From Desulfuromonadales bacterium (lineage in GTDB: Bacteria > Desulfobacterota > Desulfuromonadia > Desulfuromonadales > JACZKF01), in the NCBI GenBank assembly GCA_050485365.1, contig JBJHBH010000002.1, positions 1,788 through 65,787 on the forward strand: a DNA stretch of 64,000 nucleotides. Direction: 5' to 3'. The position numbers were made by a program, and so were the translations under genes. The notes under the pieces were generated by a model, which saw only the letters and a program-made list of their open reading frames with translations, searched no databases and was not told the DNA's origin. Of the stretch, positions 39,735 to 48,922 are shown one piece after another; the stretch's first letter is position 1; each line of letters starts with the position of its first letter.

Positions 39735-40817
39735 ATGAAGACACCCGCTTCCGAAAAGACCTCCTTCAAATGGCTCCTCGGCGCCCTGGTGCTCGGCATC
39801 GTTCTGGGGGCCTGCTTCACCATCCTGTTGCGCGCGCCCTCTTCCTCGGCCCCCCTTTTCGCCGCCGAAGCGGTGTCGCCGAAGGTCGACCGGGCCCTGT
39901 CCGAAGGGCTGGAGCGCGCCAAGAGGCTCGCCGACCAGGGGAAAGCACCCGAGGCGGTGGAGCTGCTCGAATCGCTCATCGTCCGCTTCCCCAAGGCGCC
40001 CGAGCCGTACAACAATCTGGCCGCCGTTCTTGCCCTGCAGGGCGAGTTGGAGGCGGGGCGCGAGCTTCTTGAAAAAGCGCTGCGCACCCACGAGGGGTAC
40101 TCGGCCGCCTACGACAATTTGGGGATCATCTTCTCCGAGATTGCCCGCACCTCCTACGGCAAGGCCCTTCGCCTCGACATCCCCCCGAGCACGCCCGACC
40201 TCAAGGTCGTCACCGCCGCCCGCCCCGCTCCCGCTTCGGTGGCCTCGGACATCCTCAGGGACGAGCCCGAAAGCGCGCCGCCCCGCGAAGAGCCGGCGAA
40301 AGAGGTCCGCACCGCGGCTGCCCCCCCTGCGGCGGCGCAGCGGCCCGAGCCGCCCCCGGCGCAGCCCGCCGCTCCCCCGGCTCCGGCTCAGGCTCCCGCC
40401 GCCCCCTCTGCCCCCGCCCCGGCAGCGGCGGCACCGCAGGCGGCGCCGACCGCGCCTGCGAACGACCAGCGCGAGGCGGTTCTGCAGACGCTCCGGGAGT
40501 GGGCCGCCGCCTGGTCGGCCCGCGACGTGCCGCTCTATCTTTCGTACTACAGCGAGCACTTCCGCCCCGACGACGGCATGGACCGCGCCGCCTGGGAAGA
40601 GCTTCGCCATCAGAGGATCCGCCACCCCTCGCGCATCCGGGTGACCCTCAGCGACATCCAGCTCAGCTGGACCGGCCCCGATTCGGTGCAGGTCACGATG
40701 GTGCAGGACTACGACGCCGACACCTACAAAGGACGTTCGCGCAAGGCGATGAACCTGGTGAAGGAAGGGGGCGCCTGGCGCATCCTGACTGAGAACTCCC
40801 TCGGAACCGCACGGTGA
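39735..40817 (+). CDS. Membrane-anchored TPR protein with Pro/Ala-rich linker and C-terminal NTF2/SnoaL-like module
   Basis: Start at ATG 39735. N-terminal TM helix. TPR-like 'PEPYNNLAAVLALQGELEAGRELLEKALR'. C-terminal 'WAAAWSARDVPLYLSYYSEHF..AAWEELR'. Confidence 0.75.
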   Translation: MKTPASEKTSFKWLLGALVLGIVLGACFTILLRAPSSSAPLFAAEAVSPKVDRALSEGLERAKRLADQGKAPEAVELLESLIVRFPKAPEPYNNLAAVLALQGELEAGRELLEKALRTHEGYSAAYDNLGIIFSEIARTSYGKALRLDIPPSTPDLKVVTAARPAPASVASDILRDEPESAPPREEPAKEVRTAAAPPAAAQRPEPPPAQPAAPPAPAQAPAAPSAPAPAAAAPQAAPTAPANDQREAVLQTLREWAAAWSARDVPLYLSYYSEHFRPDDGMDRAAWEELRHQRIRHPSRIRVTLSDIQLSWTGPDSVQVTMVQDYDADTYKGRSRKAMNLVKEGGAWRILTENSLGTAR

Positions 40818-42163
40818 AGCGCCCGCACCTTCTTCTTTTGCTCGTGCTCGTCGCCGGGATTGTCACCGTCACGGCCGCGCAGGTGAGTGCGCTGTGGACG
40901 AACCCCGCGCCGTCCCCTGCGCCCTCGCCGCTCAAGGAGGAGACGCTGCAGCAACGGTTCGTCGAGGATCTGCCGACCCTCGAGAGCGATCTTCAAAAGC
41001 GGGTCTCGGCGCGCCTGAAGGCCGACCCCGACGACCTCGAAGCGGCCCTTTTGCAGGGGCTGCTCTACTTCCGGGCCGGCGATTTCGACCGCGCCCTCAC
41101 CAAGCTCGACCGCATCACCCGCAAGGCGCCGCGCTTCCACCTGGCGCACCTCATCCGCGGCGACCTCGCCCTGGTCCACATCAACCACATCAGCGACATC
41201 GGCCGCAGCCGCCTGCTGAGCGACATGCCCGGCGCCGACGAGGAGCGCTTGGAGCAGCTGCGCACCGAGGCCGAGGCACGCCTTCGCGGCTATCTCACCA
41301 TCATCGACGGGCGCCGCATCCCCGGCAGCATCATCCAACTCGCCCCCGGCATCAGCCACGTCCTGCTCGTCGACAAGGCCCAGCACCGCCTCTACGTCTT
41401 CGAAAACGTCGGTCCCGGTCTCCCCCCGGCCCTGGTCGCCGATTTCTACACGGTCATCGGACGCATCCCCGGAAACAAGCTCGTGCGCGGCGACCAGAAG
41501 ACCCCCGAGGGGATCTACTACATCACCGAGCGCATCCCCGGCAGTCGGCTTCCGCGCCGCTACGGCCCGGCGGCCTTCCCGATGAACTACCCCAACGAGC
41601 TCGACCGACGTTTTCGAAAGACCGGCGACGGCATCTGGCTGCACGGCACCGACACCGACTTCTACAGCCGCCCTCCCCTCGACAGCGACGGCTGCGTCGT
41701 TCTCGCTAACGACGATCTGAAGCGGATCGAGCGCTTCATCAAGCCGGGGGTCACCCCCATCGTCGTGGCGGACGCGCTGGAGTGGATCACCCATGAGCAG
41801 TGGCACGATCGGCGCGAGTCGGTGCTGCGCGACATCGAACAGTGGCGCCGTGACTGGGAGCAGGGGCCGGTGGAGGCGTATCTCAGCCACTACGCCAACG
41901 ACTTCGTCGGCGACGGGCTCGAACTGGCGGCGTGGAGCGAACGAAAGCGGCAGGTGGCCCGGGGGAAGGAGTACCAGAAGATCGTTCTGAGCGACCTGAC
42001 CCTTCTGGCCTACCCCAAGGCGGCGGCGGACGGTCGGCGCAAAGTGGTCGCCGAATTTCGCCAGGACTACCGTTCGAACAACTTCAACAGCGTCATGGAC
42101 AAGCGGCTCTACCTGGTCCAGGACGAGCAGGCGTGGCGGATCTGGCACGAGGGTCGCCAGTAA
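40814..42163 (+). CDS. L,D-transpeptidase (YkuD) family protein with N-terminal TPR-like region and C-terminal NTF2-like module
   Basis: GTG start in a GTGA overlap with the upstream stop. Catalytic 'IWLHGTD....SDGCVVL'. C-terminal 'WRRDWEQGPVEAYLSHYANDF..AAWSERKR'. Confidence 0.85.
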   Translation: MKRPHLLLLLVLVAGIVTVTAAQVSALWTNPAPSPAPSPLKEETLQQRFVEDLPTLESDLQKRVSARLKADPDDLEAALLQGLLYFRAGDFDRALTKLDRITRKAPRFHLAHLIRGDLALVHINHISDIGRSRLLSDMPGADEERLEQLRTEAEARLRGYLTIIDGRRIPGSIIQLAPGISHVLLVDKAQHRLYVFENVGPGLPPALVADFYTVIGRIPGNKLVRGDQKTPEGIYYITERIPGSRLPRRYGPAAFPMNYPNELDRRFRKTGDGIWLHGTDTDFYSRPPLDSDGCVVLANDDLKRIERFIKPGVTPIVVADALEWITHEQWHDRRESVLRDIEQWRRDWEQGPVEAYLSHYANDFVGDGLELAAWSERKRQVARGKEYQKIVLSDLTLLAYPKAAADGRRKVVAEFRQDYRSNNFNSVMDKRLYLVQDEQAWRIWHEGRQ

Positions 42164-42216
42164 GGCGCAAGGCAGACAGGGACACGATCGCTTCCGGTGG
42201 AGACGGGCAGACGCAA

Positions 42217-42963
42217 ATGAAGAGGCCGACCTTGTTTTTGGGGGTGTTCCCGCTCTTTTTAGCGACGCTCGTCTGTGCGGACGAGTTCGCCGCCCCACCC
42301 GGCACCTTCTACGACGCCGACACCGCCCTTCTCTGGCAGATCGGCGAAAACGGCCGGATGCCGTGGTCGGAGGCGGCGCGCCACTGCCGAAGCCTCTTTG
42401 CGGACGAAGGGGGCGAATGGCGCCTTCCGCGCAAGGACGAGCTCTTGTCGCAGCCGCCTCGCCATCTCTTCCCCGACGCCGCGGCCGGCGCCTACTGGAG
42501 CGCCACCCCGCAGAACGGGCGTGTCTTGGGGGTTGCCTTCGACAGCGGCCTCCCCTTCGCCTTCGGGGGGAGCGACCCGGCCCTTTATGTGCGCTGCGTC
42601 GCCGACCCCCCTCCCCCTTTTGCGGCCCCACTCCAAACCCTTCACCGCTGGGCGCAGGCCTGGTCGCGTCAGGACGTCGAGGCGTACCTCTCCTTCTACA
42701 GCGACGACTTCGATCCCGGCAGCGGCCTCTCGCAGGCGGCGTGGAAGGAGCGCCGACGAAGCGCCCTCGGGCGCCCCGAGTGGATCGAGGTGCGGATCGA
42801 TGATCTTCGGGCCTCACGGACCGACGCCGGGGTGCGCATCGCCTTCGTCCAGGCCTACCGCTCCGACCTCTTCAGCGACCGCGTCCGCAAGGCGATCGAC
42901 TTCGTCCCCGAACGCGGGGGGTGGGCCATCGCCGCCGAAGAGACATTCGAGATTCTCCCCTGA
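42217..42963 (+). CDS. Secreted DUF1566(Lcl C-terminal)-like protein with C-terminal NTF2-like module
   Basis: Start at ATG 42217 with a signal peptide. 'LLWQ...MPWSEAARHCRSL....WRLPRKDELL...YWSAT' resembles DUF1566. C-terminal 'WAQAWSRQDVEAYLSFYSDDF..AAWKERRR'. Confidence 0.7.
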   Translation: MKRPTLFLGVFPLFLATLVCADEFAAPPGTFYDADTALLWQIGENGRMPWSEAARHCRSLFADEGGEWRLPRKDELLSQPPRHLFPDAAAGAYWSATPQNGRVLGVAFDSGLPFAFGGSDPALYVRCVADPPPPFAAPLQTLHRWAQAWSRQDVEAYLSFYSDDFDPGSGLSQAAWKERRRSALGRPEWIEVRIDDLRASRTDAGVRIAFVQAYRSDLFSDRVRKAIDFVPERGGWAIAAEETFEILP

Positions 42964-42967
42964 CGAC

Positions 42968-42996
42968 GAAAGGGCGGCCTGGTTGGCCGCCCTTTC
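42968..42996. terminator. 12-bp perfect hairpin between convergent operons (likely bidirectional terminator)
   Basis: 'gaaagggcggcc-tggtt-ggccgccctttc'; weak U-tract. Confidence 0.6.
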
Positions 42997-43038
42997 GCAT
43001 TCATTTCGTTCTCTGTTCGTCGTTGTGCGTCGGCTTTT

Positions 43039-43839
43039 TCAGCCCCGGTCCCATTCGGCCAGCCGCTCCCGGGCGGTCTTCGCCTCATCGGACATGGGGA
43101 ACGTTTCGATGAGGCGGTTGAGGATCGCCCGGCCGTTGCGTTGATCCCCCAGGGTATTGAAGGTGATCCCCTGCTTGAGCAGGGCGGCTGCGGCCTTGGG
43201 GTGATCGCTGTGCTTCTGGATCACGTCCTGGAACTGCAGGATGGCGTTCTCGTACCGCTTCTCGCCGTAATACGCCTCGCCGATCCAGTACATGGCATTG
43301 ACGGCCTGGGCTCCGGTGGGGTTGGCCCGAAGGTACGACTCGAGCGCCTCCCTCCCCTGGACGAACTGGTTGGCGCGGATCAGCTCGACGCCGCGCTCAT
43401 AGGCGCTTTGCGGCGGCGCTCCGGCCTGGGAGGCGGCGCCGCCCCCCTCGCCGCCCGGCCTGCGCTCCAGGGCCGCGATCCTGTTTTCGAGCGCCCCGAT
43501 TTTCAGGGCGAGGTCATCGCGGACCAGGGCGAGCTCGGCGCGCACTTCGCTCCCCTCGCGACGGCTGTCCTCCATGCGCCCGCTCATCGACTGCAGATCG
43601 ACCCGCAGGGCGTCCATCGATGCCTGCAGGTCGGCCTGACTGCGCCCCATGGCGTCGACGCGCCCCTGCATCTCGCCGGCCTGATCCGAATGGCGTAACG
43701 AAACGGTGGTGCGTTCCACCTCCGCCAGGCGGCGCTTCATTTCGTTCATGTCGCGCTCCATGCGCAACTGATCCTGAGTCGTCAGGCATCCGGTCAGCAT
43801 CACCCCTGCCGTCAGCACAACGCATCCTTTACGCCACAT
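43039..43839 (-). CDS. cpoB: Tol-Pal system protein CpoB/YbgF (coiled coil + TPR)
   Basis: Start at ATG 43839. Lipobox/signal 'LTGC'. Coiled-coil half, then 'YWIGEAYYGEKRYENAILQFQDVIQKHSDHPKAAAALLKQG'. Last gene of the tol-pal order. Confidence 0.85.
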   Translation of the reverse strand: MWRKGCVVLTAGVMLTGCLTTQDQLRMERDMNEMKRRLAEVERTTVSLRHSDQAGEMQGRVDAMGRSQADLQASMDALRVDLQSMSGRMEDSRREGSEVRAELALVRDDLALKIGALENRIAALERRPGGEGGGAASQAGAPPQSAYERGVELIRANQFVQGREALESYLRANPTGAQAVNAMYWIGEAYYGEKRYENAILQFQDVIQKHSDHPKAAAALLKQGITFNTLGDQRNGRAILNRLIETFPMSDEAKTARERLAEWDRG

Positions 43840-43907
43840 CTTCACGCCTTGGATCCTCCGATGGAAAGAGGGGGCCGCACCCTGCGGCGCGGCCCCTTCG
43901 GTTGTCG

Positions 43908-44468
43908 TCAAGGGCTGATTCTGTTGAACTCGGCGCGGCGGTTCTGCGCCCAGGCGCTCTCGCTGGAGGCGCGCACCAGCGGCATCTCTTCACCGTAGGA
44001 GATGATGGTGAGGCGGTTGCCGTTGATGCCGAGGGAGATGAGATAGTCGCGCGCGGCGCGGGCACGGCGCTCGCCCAGCGCGAGGTTGTACTCGTCGGAG
44101 CCGCGCTCGTCGGTGTGCCCTTCGATACGCACCCGCACACGCGGGTTTTCCTTGAGGTACTCGGCGTTGCGGGCGAGGATCTCGCGGGCCTCGGCGCTCA
44201 GGGTGTGCTGGTCGAACCCGAAGTGGATGCGCTGCAGACCTTCGCCGGTGGCGTCGGCCATGGGGAGGAGGCGGTCGCGGGCGACCTCGTCGGAGACGGC
44301 CTGCTCGTCGACGCCTCGGGGAACCTCACGCTCGACGGAAGGCGCCTCGACGACGCGCTCCTGCGCAATGGGGGCCTCGGCGGTGGGAGCCGGCTTCTTG
44401 GCGCACCCCGTGACGAACATCGCCGCCAGAGCGACCATCAAAATCCAATACACGTTCATTTTTTTCAT
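43908..44468 (-). CDS. pal: Peptidoglycan-associated lipoprotein Pal (OmpA-like)
   Basis: Start at ATG 44468 after 'aaaggagaag'. Lipobox 'FVTGC'. 'IHFGFDQHTLS', 'IEGHTDERGSDEYNLALGERRA', 'SYGEE.P'. Confidence 0.9.
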   Translation of the reverse strand: MKKMNVYWILMVALAAMFVTGCAKKPAPTAEAPIAQERVVEAPSVEREVPRGVDEQAVSDEVARDRLLPMADATGEGLQRIHFGFDQHTLSAEAREILARNAEYLKENPRVRVRIEGHTDERGSDEYNLALGERRARAARDYLISLGINGNRLTIISYGEEMPLVRASSESAWAQNRRAEFNRISP

Positions 44469-44611
44469 TGCCGTACTTCTCCTTTGAAATGCTCTTGTTC
44501 CTTTATGAGACCATGCCACCCCGGCCGCCTCGGAACGAACCCGGTGCGCTGGGAAACCTAGCCAACGATTATAGCGAAAGGCGTATTAAAAACAACGAAA
44601 ACCGCGTGCGA

Positions 44612-45910
44612 TCACCACCGTGCGGACCATGCGGGGTGGCTCGCCTCGACCCCTTGGGGGGAAATGCGCCGCGCCCCCGTGCCGTCGGCGCGCATGACGT
44701 AGATCCCCTTCTTGCCCGAGACGTCCGATGAGTAGACGATGAAGCGGCCGTCGGGGCTCCAGCGGGGATGCTCCTTGTTGCCGGGGCCGAAGGTGAGGCG
44801 GCGCTCGTCGGTGCCGTCGGGGCGAATGGTGTAGATGTCGAGACGCCCCTCCTCCATGCGCGTGAAGGCGATGCGCTCCCCCTTGGGGTGCCAGGTGGGG
44901 GTGACGTTGTAGCGTCCGGCGTTGGTGAGGCGCCGCACCGCGCCGGAGACGACGTCGAGGATGAAGATGTGGGGGTTGCCCTGGCGGTCGGAGACGAAGG
45001 CGATCTCGTCGCTGCGGGGGCTCCAGCTCGGGTCGACGTCGATGGCCCAGTTGTTGGTCAGCCGCTTGTTGATGGCGCCGTCGGTGCCGATGAGGTAGAG
45101 CTCGGCCTGGCCGTCCTTGGAGAGAGTCAGAGCGATCTCGCGGCCGTCGGGGCGGAATCGTCCCGCGATGTTGAGCCCGGGATGGCGCGACAGGCGGGCC
45201 TCGGCGCCGCTGTTGAGCTCCTTGCGGTACAGATCAGGGTTCCCTTCGCGGTACGAGGTGAAGATGACCTCCTTGCCGACGGGGGAGAAGTCGGGGTTGA
45301 GGACGATGGTGCGATGGTCGGTGAGGCGCACCGACCCGTGCCCGTCGACCTCCATGAGGTAGAGCTCCTTGTGCCCGGTTCGGTCCGAGATGTAGGCGAT
45401 GCGCGAATTGAAGGGCCCCTCTTCGCCGGTGAGGCCGGCGAGGATCTGATCGGAGAAGCGGTGGGCGATGCTGCGCACGTCGGCGACGCTGGCGGTGTAT
45501 CGCCGCCCGGTGAGCAGGCGCCGCGAGGTCACGTCGAAGAGGCGCGCCTCGACGATGAGGGTGTCGCCCCGCACCGCGTACCCCCCCTTGATGAGGGCCT
45601 GGGCGCCGAGCATGCGCCACTGGCCGAAGTCGACATCGACGCTGGCGAGCCCGAGGCGCCGGGCGTCGGAGAGGAACGCCGCCGGATCGACGAAGGAGAA
45701 GATCCCGGTCAGGTCGAGATTGGCGTTGAGGACGCGTTCGATTTCGGCAGCGAGCTCCGGCGAAGCCCCCTCCTCCATCGGCAAAAAGCGGGTGACGGCC
45801 AGCGGGATCGTCTGCTGTCCCGGCGCACGGATCTCGATCTGCGCGGCCGCAGGGGTGGCGAGGGCGAACAGTAAAACGAAGAGAACCGCCAGTGCAGTGC
45901 GTAGTGACAT
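44612..45910 (-). CDS. tolB: Tol-Pal system beta-propeller protein TolB
   Basis: Signal peptide, N-terminal TolB domain, and repeated 'P.WSPDG..I.F.S.R.G...I' propeller blades. Confidence 0.95.
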   Translation of the reverse strand: MSLRTALAVLFVLLFALATPAAAQIEIRAPGQQTIPLAVTRFLPMEEGASPELAAEIERVLNANLDLTGIFSFVDPAAFLSDARRLGLASVDVDFGQWRMLGAQALIKGGYAVRGDTLIVEARLFDVTSRRLLTGRRYTASVADVRSIAHRFSDQILAGLTGEEGPFNSRIAYISDRTGHKELYLMEVDGHGSVRLTDHRTIVLNPDFSPVGKEVIFTSYREGNPDLYRKELNSGAEARLSRHPGLNIAGRFRPDGREIALTLSKDGQAELYLIGTDGAINKRLTNNWAIDVDPSWSPRSDEIAFVSDRQGNPHIFILDVVSGAVRRLTNAGRYNVTPTWHPKGERIAFTRMEEGRLDIYTIRPDGTDERRLTFGPGNKEHPRWSPDGRFIVYSSDVSGKKGIYVMRADGTGARRISPQGVEASHPAWSARW

Positions 45911-45916
45911 CGTCGT

Positions 45917-46834
45917 CTAGTCCAGAAGGTCCTTGAGGTTGAATTCCACATCGATCTCCAGGCGGCGCTCCGGCCTGAAGGGGAGTTGACGCGCGCCGAG
46001 AATGGCCCGGCGCACCGAATCGTCGAAGACGACCTCCCGCGACTGCTCGGTGAATGTGTAGTCGAGGAGCGTCCCTTGCGCATCGTAGATGATGCGCACC
46101 TTGGCCCGCAGGTCGCGCCGACCTCCCACCTGATAACCCGAGAGGTTCCAGTTCTCCTTCAGATAGGCCTGGATCCAGGTGCGCTGGTCGACGCCGGCCT
46201 GTGTCCCGGTGCCGGTCTCGATCCCCAGCGGGATGTTGGAGCCGCGGGTGTCGGCGGCGGCCAGGGCGGCGAGCCTCTCTCTGAGCTCCTCCCTCTCGCG
46301 CTGGCGGCGCATGCGCTCGATGGCGTCGCTGACGGCTGCCTCGTCGGCGGGAGGGGCCGTCGCCTGGGCGCGGGGGGGCGGCTCGGCCGGTGCCGGACGC
46401 GGCGCCGGAGGGGGAGCAGGGGCCGGTTCGGGCTTCGGCGCCGGTTTTGGTTCAGGCTTCGGTTCCGGCCGCGGCGCAGGTTCCGGCTTCGGCTCGGGGG
46501 CGGGAACGCTCGGCGCGGGAGGAGGAGCCGGTGCCGGTTCGGGGCGCGGCGCCGGTGGAGGCGGCGGGGCCGGGCGCGGCGCGGGACGAGCGGGCGCCGC
46601 GGCAGCGGGACGCGGTTCGCGGCTGCCGTCGGGACGCCCCGCCTGGGGGTCTGCCACCGGGAGCATGGAAAGATCGATCTCGATGACCTGCACCAGCTGA
46701 CGGTGGCTCGTGGTGAAGAACGCCCCCGAAAAAAGGGCCGCCACCGCCAGATGCAGCACGAAGGAGATCAGGAGCATGCGCCCCAGGCCCGTATCGGGGA
46801 GGGGGCCGCTGCGCTTGGAAGTGTTGGTGTCCAC
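45917..46834 (-). CDS. tolA: TolA-like protein (TM anchor, Pro-rich spacer, TonB_C-type C-terminal domain)
   Basis: N-terminal TM 'MLLISFVLHLAVAALF'. Spacer 'PEPKPEPAPRPEPKPEPKPAPKPEP'. Position between tolR and tolB. Confidence 0.8.
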   Translation of the reverse strand: MDTNTSKRSGPLPDTGLGRMLLISFVLHLAVAALFSGAFFTTSHRQLVQVIEIDLSMLPVADPQAGRPDGSREPRPAAAAPARPAPRPAPPPPPAPRPEPAPAPPPAPSVPAPEPKPEPAPRPEPKPEPKPAPKPEPAPAPPPAPRPAPAEPPPRAQATAPPADEAAVSDAIERMRRQREREELRERLAALAAADTRGSNIPLGIETGTGTQAGVDQRTWIQAYLKENWNLSGYQVGGRRDLRAKVRIIYDAQGTLLDYTFTEQSREVVFDDSVRRAILGARQLPFRPERRLEIDVEFNLKDLLD

Positions 46835-46850
46835 TCGACGGATCCGGAGC

Positions 46851-47273
<423 letters not shown>

Positions 47274-47280
47274 CGCCTCT

Positions 47281-47949
47281 TCAGCCCCTGCGCGCCGTGC
47301 GCTCGACGATGTTGAGGAATTCCTGGCTGAAGTTGTCCATCTCCCCCGTCAGGATGTTCACCTTGTTGATGAAGTGGTTGTATCCGATGACTGCGGGGAT
47401 CGCGGCCACCAGCCCGATGGCGGTGGCCAGCAGGGCCTCGGAGATGCCGGGGGCCACGACGGCGAGCGAGGCGCTTCCGGTCTCGCCGATCCCCATGAAA
47501 GAGCCCATGATCCCCCAGACGGTGCCGAAGAGCCCGATGAAGGGGGCCGCCGACCCGGTGGAGGCGAGAAAGGTCAGGAATTTCTCCAGGCGCTGAATCT
47601 CGCTGGTGGTGGCGCGGCGAAGGGCGCGGGCGACGTTCTCGACGCGGCCCAGGTCGGTGGAGATCTCGCCGCCTCCCCCCTCGGGGCGCTGGCGCCCCTT
47701 GAGCAACTCGTGAAAGCCTTCGCGAAACAGCACCGTCAGCGGCGAATGGGGGTAGTCCTTGAGACCCTGGCCGATGACGTCGAAGCGCTTCTTGGCCCAG
47801 AAGAATTCGAGAAAGCGCTCGGAGTCGCGGGTCGCCCGGCGAATGACGCGCATTTTGTAGAAGATGATGGCCCAGGACATGACGGACAGGTAGACGAGAA
47901 CGAGCATGACCAGCTGAACGACCGGTCCTGCGTTGAGAACGAGCTCCAA
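47281..47949 (-). CDS. tolQ: TolQ (MotA/TolQ/ExbB proton channel)
   Basis: 3-TM pattern. 'LASTGSAAPFIGLFGTVWGIM', 'GISEALLATAIGLVAAIPAVIGYN'. Confidence 0.9.
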   Translation of the reverse strand: MELVLNAGPVVQLVMLVLVYLSVMSWAIIFYKMRVIRRATRDSERFLEFFWAKKRFDVIGQGLKDYPHSPLTVLFREGFHELLKGRQRPEGGGGEISTDLGRVENVARALRRATTSEIQRLEKFLTFLASTGSAAPFIGLFGTVWGIMGSFMGIGETGSASLAVVAPGISEALLATAIGLVAAIPAVIGYNHFINKVNILTGEMDNFSQEFLNIVERTARRG

Positions 47950-48104
47950 GAGGGGCCTCCCATTGCGGCGCAGAAGGATGTTGGCGGACGGACGACGCCG
48001 CTGCGGAGCCGGTACGGTCCGGCGGCAGTCGAATTATCAGCCAATCCCCTGCGCAAGTCAACGGGGGATCGGTAAAAATCGAATTAAAAGCGATGGACTT
48101 TCGG

Positions 48105-48716
48105 TCAGTTGGAACCTGAGCTTCCCTGCTCGGACTCGATTTGGAGGCGGGCGCGGCGGTAGAGCTCGACCTGGGCGAGCTTCTCGGGGTGTCCGTCGGC
48201 GGCCCAGGCGTCGATTTCGAGCAGTTCCACCAGTAAAGGGAAGCGATCGTCGCGGATGAAACGCCACTGGCGGCGCGACAATGAGCGAAGCTCGCCTACC
48301 CGCCAGGAGAGGGCGAACATGTGATGGCGGATGAGCCAGAGGATGTCATCTTTGGTCGCCGGATCCATCCCCAGGCGCTCCAGAATCTCCTCGGCGAGGC
48401 GCTCCCCTTCGCGGTCGTGCCCGAAGGCGCGCACCCGGCCGTCGATCCTTCGGGTCGTCATCGCCTTGCCGATGTCGTGCAGCAGCGCCGCCCAGGCAAG
48501 GCGCCGATCGGCCGACGAGGGGAGGAGGCGCACGGCGAGCAGGGTGTGGACGAAGGCATCGCCCTCCGGATGGTGATCGGGGGGCTGGGGGACCCCCTGC
48601 AGGCGGTAGACTTCCGGCAGAAGGCGCCGAAGACGCTCGTCGCTGCGAAAGCGCTCCTGGCGGTCCTTCGGCTCGGCAAGCCGAAGGATCTCTTCAATGT
48701 AGTGCAGGTCATTCAT
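48105..48716 (-). CDS. Stand-alone HD-domain phosphohydrolase (resembles the HD half of bacterial CCA-adding enzymes)
   Basis: 'HHPEGDAFVHTL', 'LHDIGK', 'GHDREG'; 203 aa. Confidence 0.7.
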   Translation of the reverse strand: MNDLHYIEEILRLAEPKDRQERFRSDERLRRLLPEVYRLQGVPQPPDHHPEGDAFVHTLLAVRLLPSSADRRLAWAALLHDIGKAMTTRRIDGRVRAFGHDREGERLAEEILERLGMDPATKDDILWLIRHHMFALSWRVGELRSLSRRQWRFIRDDRFPLLVELLEIDAWAADGHPEKLAQVELYRRARLQIESEQGSSGSN

Positions 48717-48747
48717 TCTTTCAGTTTAAGCCAAATCGTCTTTTTTG

Positions 48748-48861
48748 GTAACTGATCGGCATGAGGCCACATCTCCCGTTCCAAGGGACGCTTTTCGCCG
48801 TCCATGGCGCCGGACACACTTGACCTGCGAGCCGCGACCTCAAACAAGGTGAATATCTACC
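48748..48861 (-). repeat. Structured intergenic repeat, copy D (short subtype, diverged helix)
   Basis: The reverse complement aligns with copies A-C ('tattcaccttgt..gaggtcgcggctc..gtccggcgccatggacggcgaaaagcgtcccttgg..catgccgatcagttac'). Lies in the divergent HD/ilvA promoter gap. Confidence 0.8.
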
Positions 48862-48922
48862 TTTTTGCCTGTAGAATGGAGGACAAAGGGTTTGGCCCGC
48901 CGCCGCTTTCGAAAGGACTTCG

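Noticed and set aside
40200-40460. Low-complexity GC-rich stretch in the TPR protein gene
   Set aside because: It encodes an in-frame Pro/Ala-rich linker (APPAAAQRPEPPPAQPAAPP...), consistent with a periplasm-spanning spacer rather than a DNA-level element.
40724-42817. 697-aa minus-strand ORF spanning the L,D-transpeptidase operon
   Set aside because: Extremely Arg/Pro/Gly-rich antisense translation. The + strand genes have signal peptides, a YkuD catalytic motif and coupled starts.
46380-46660. Quasi-periodic 'ggcttcggttccggc' repeats (CRISPR or tandem repeat?)
   Set aside because: They lie inside the TolA coding frame and encode the Pro-rich PEPKPEP spacer. No spacer/repeat regularity is seen, and there are no cas genes.
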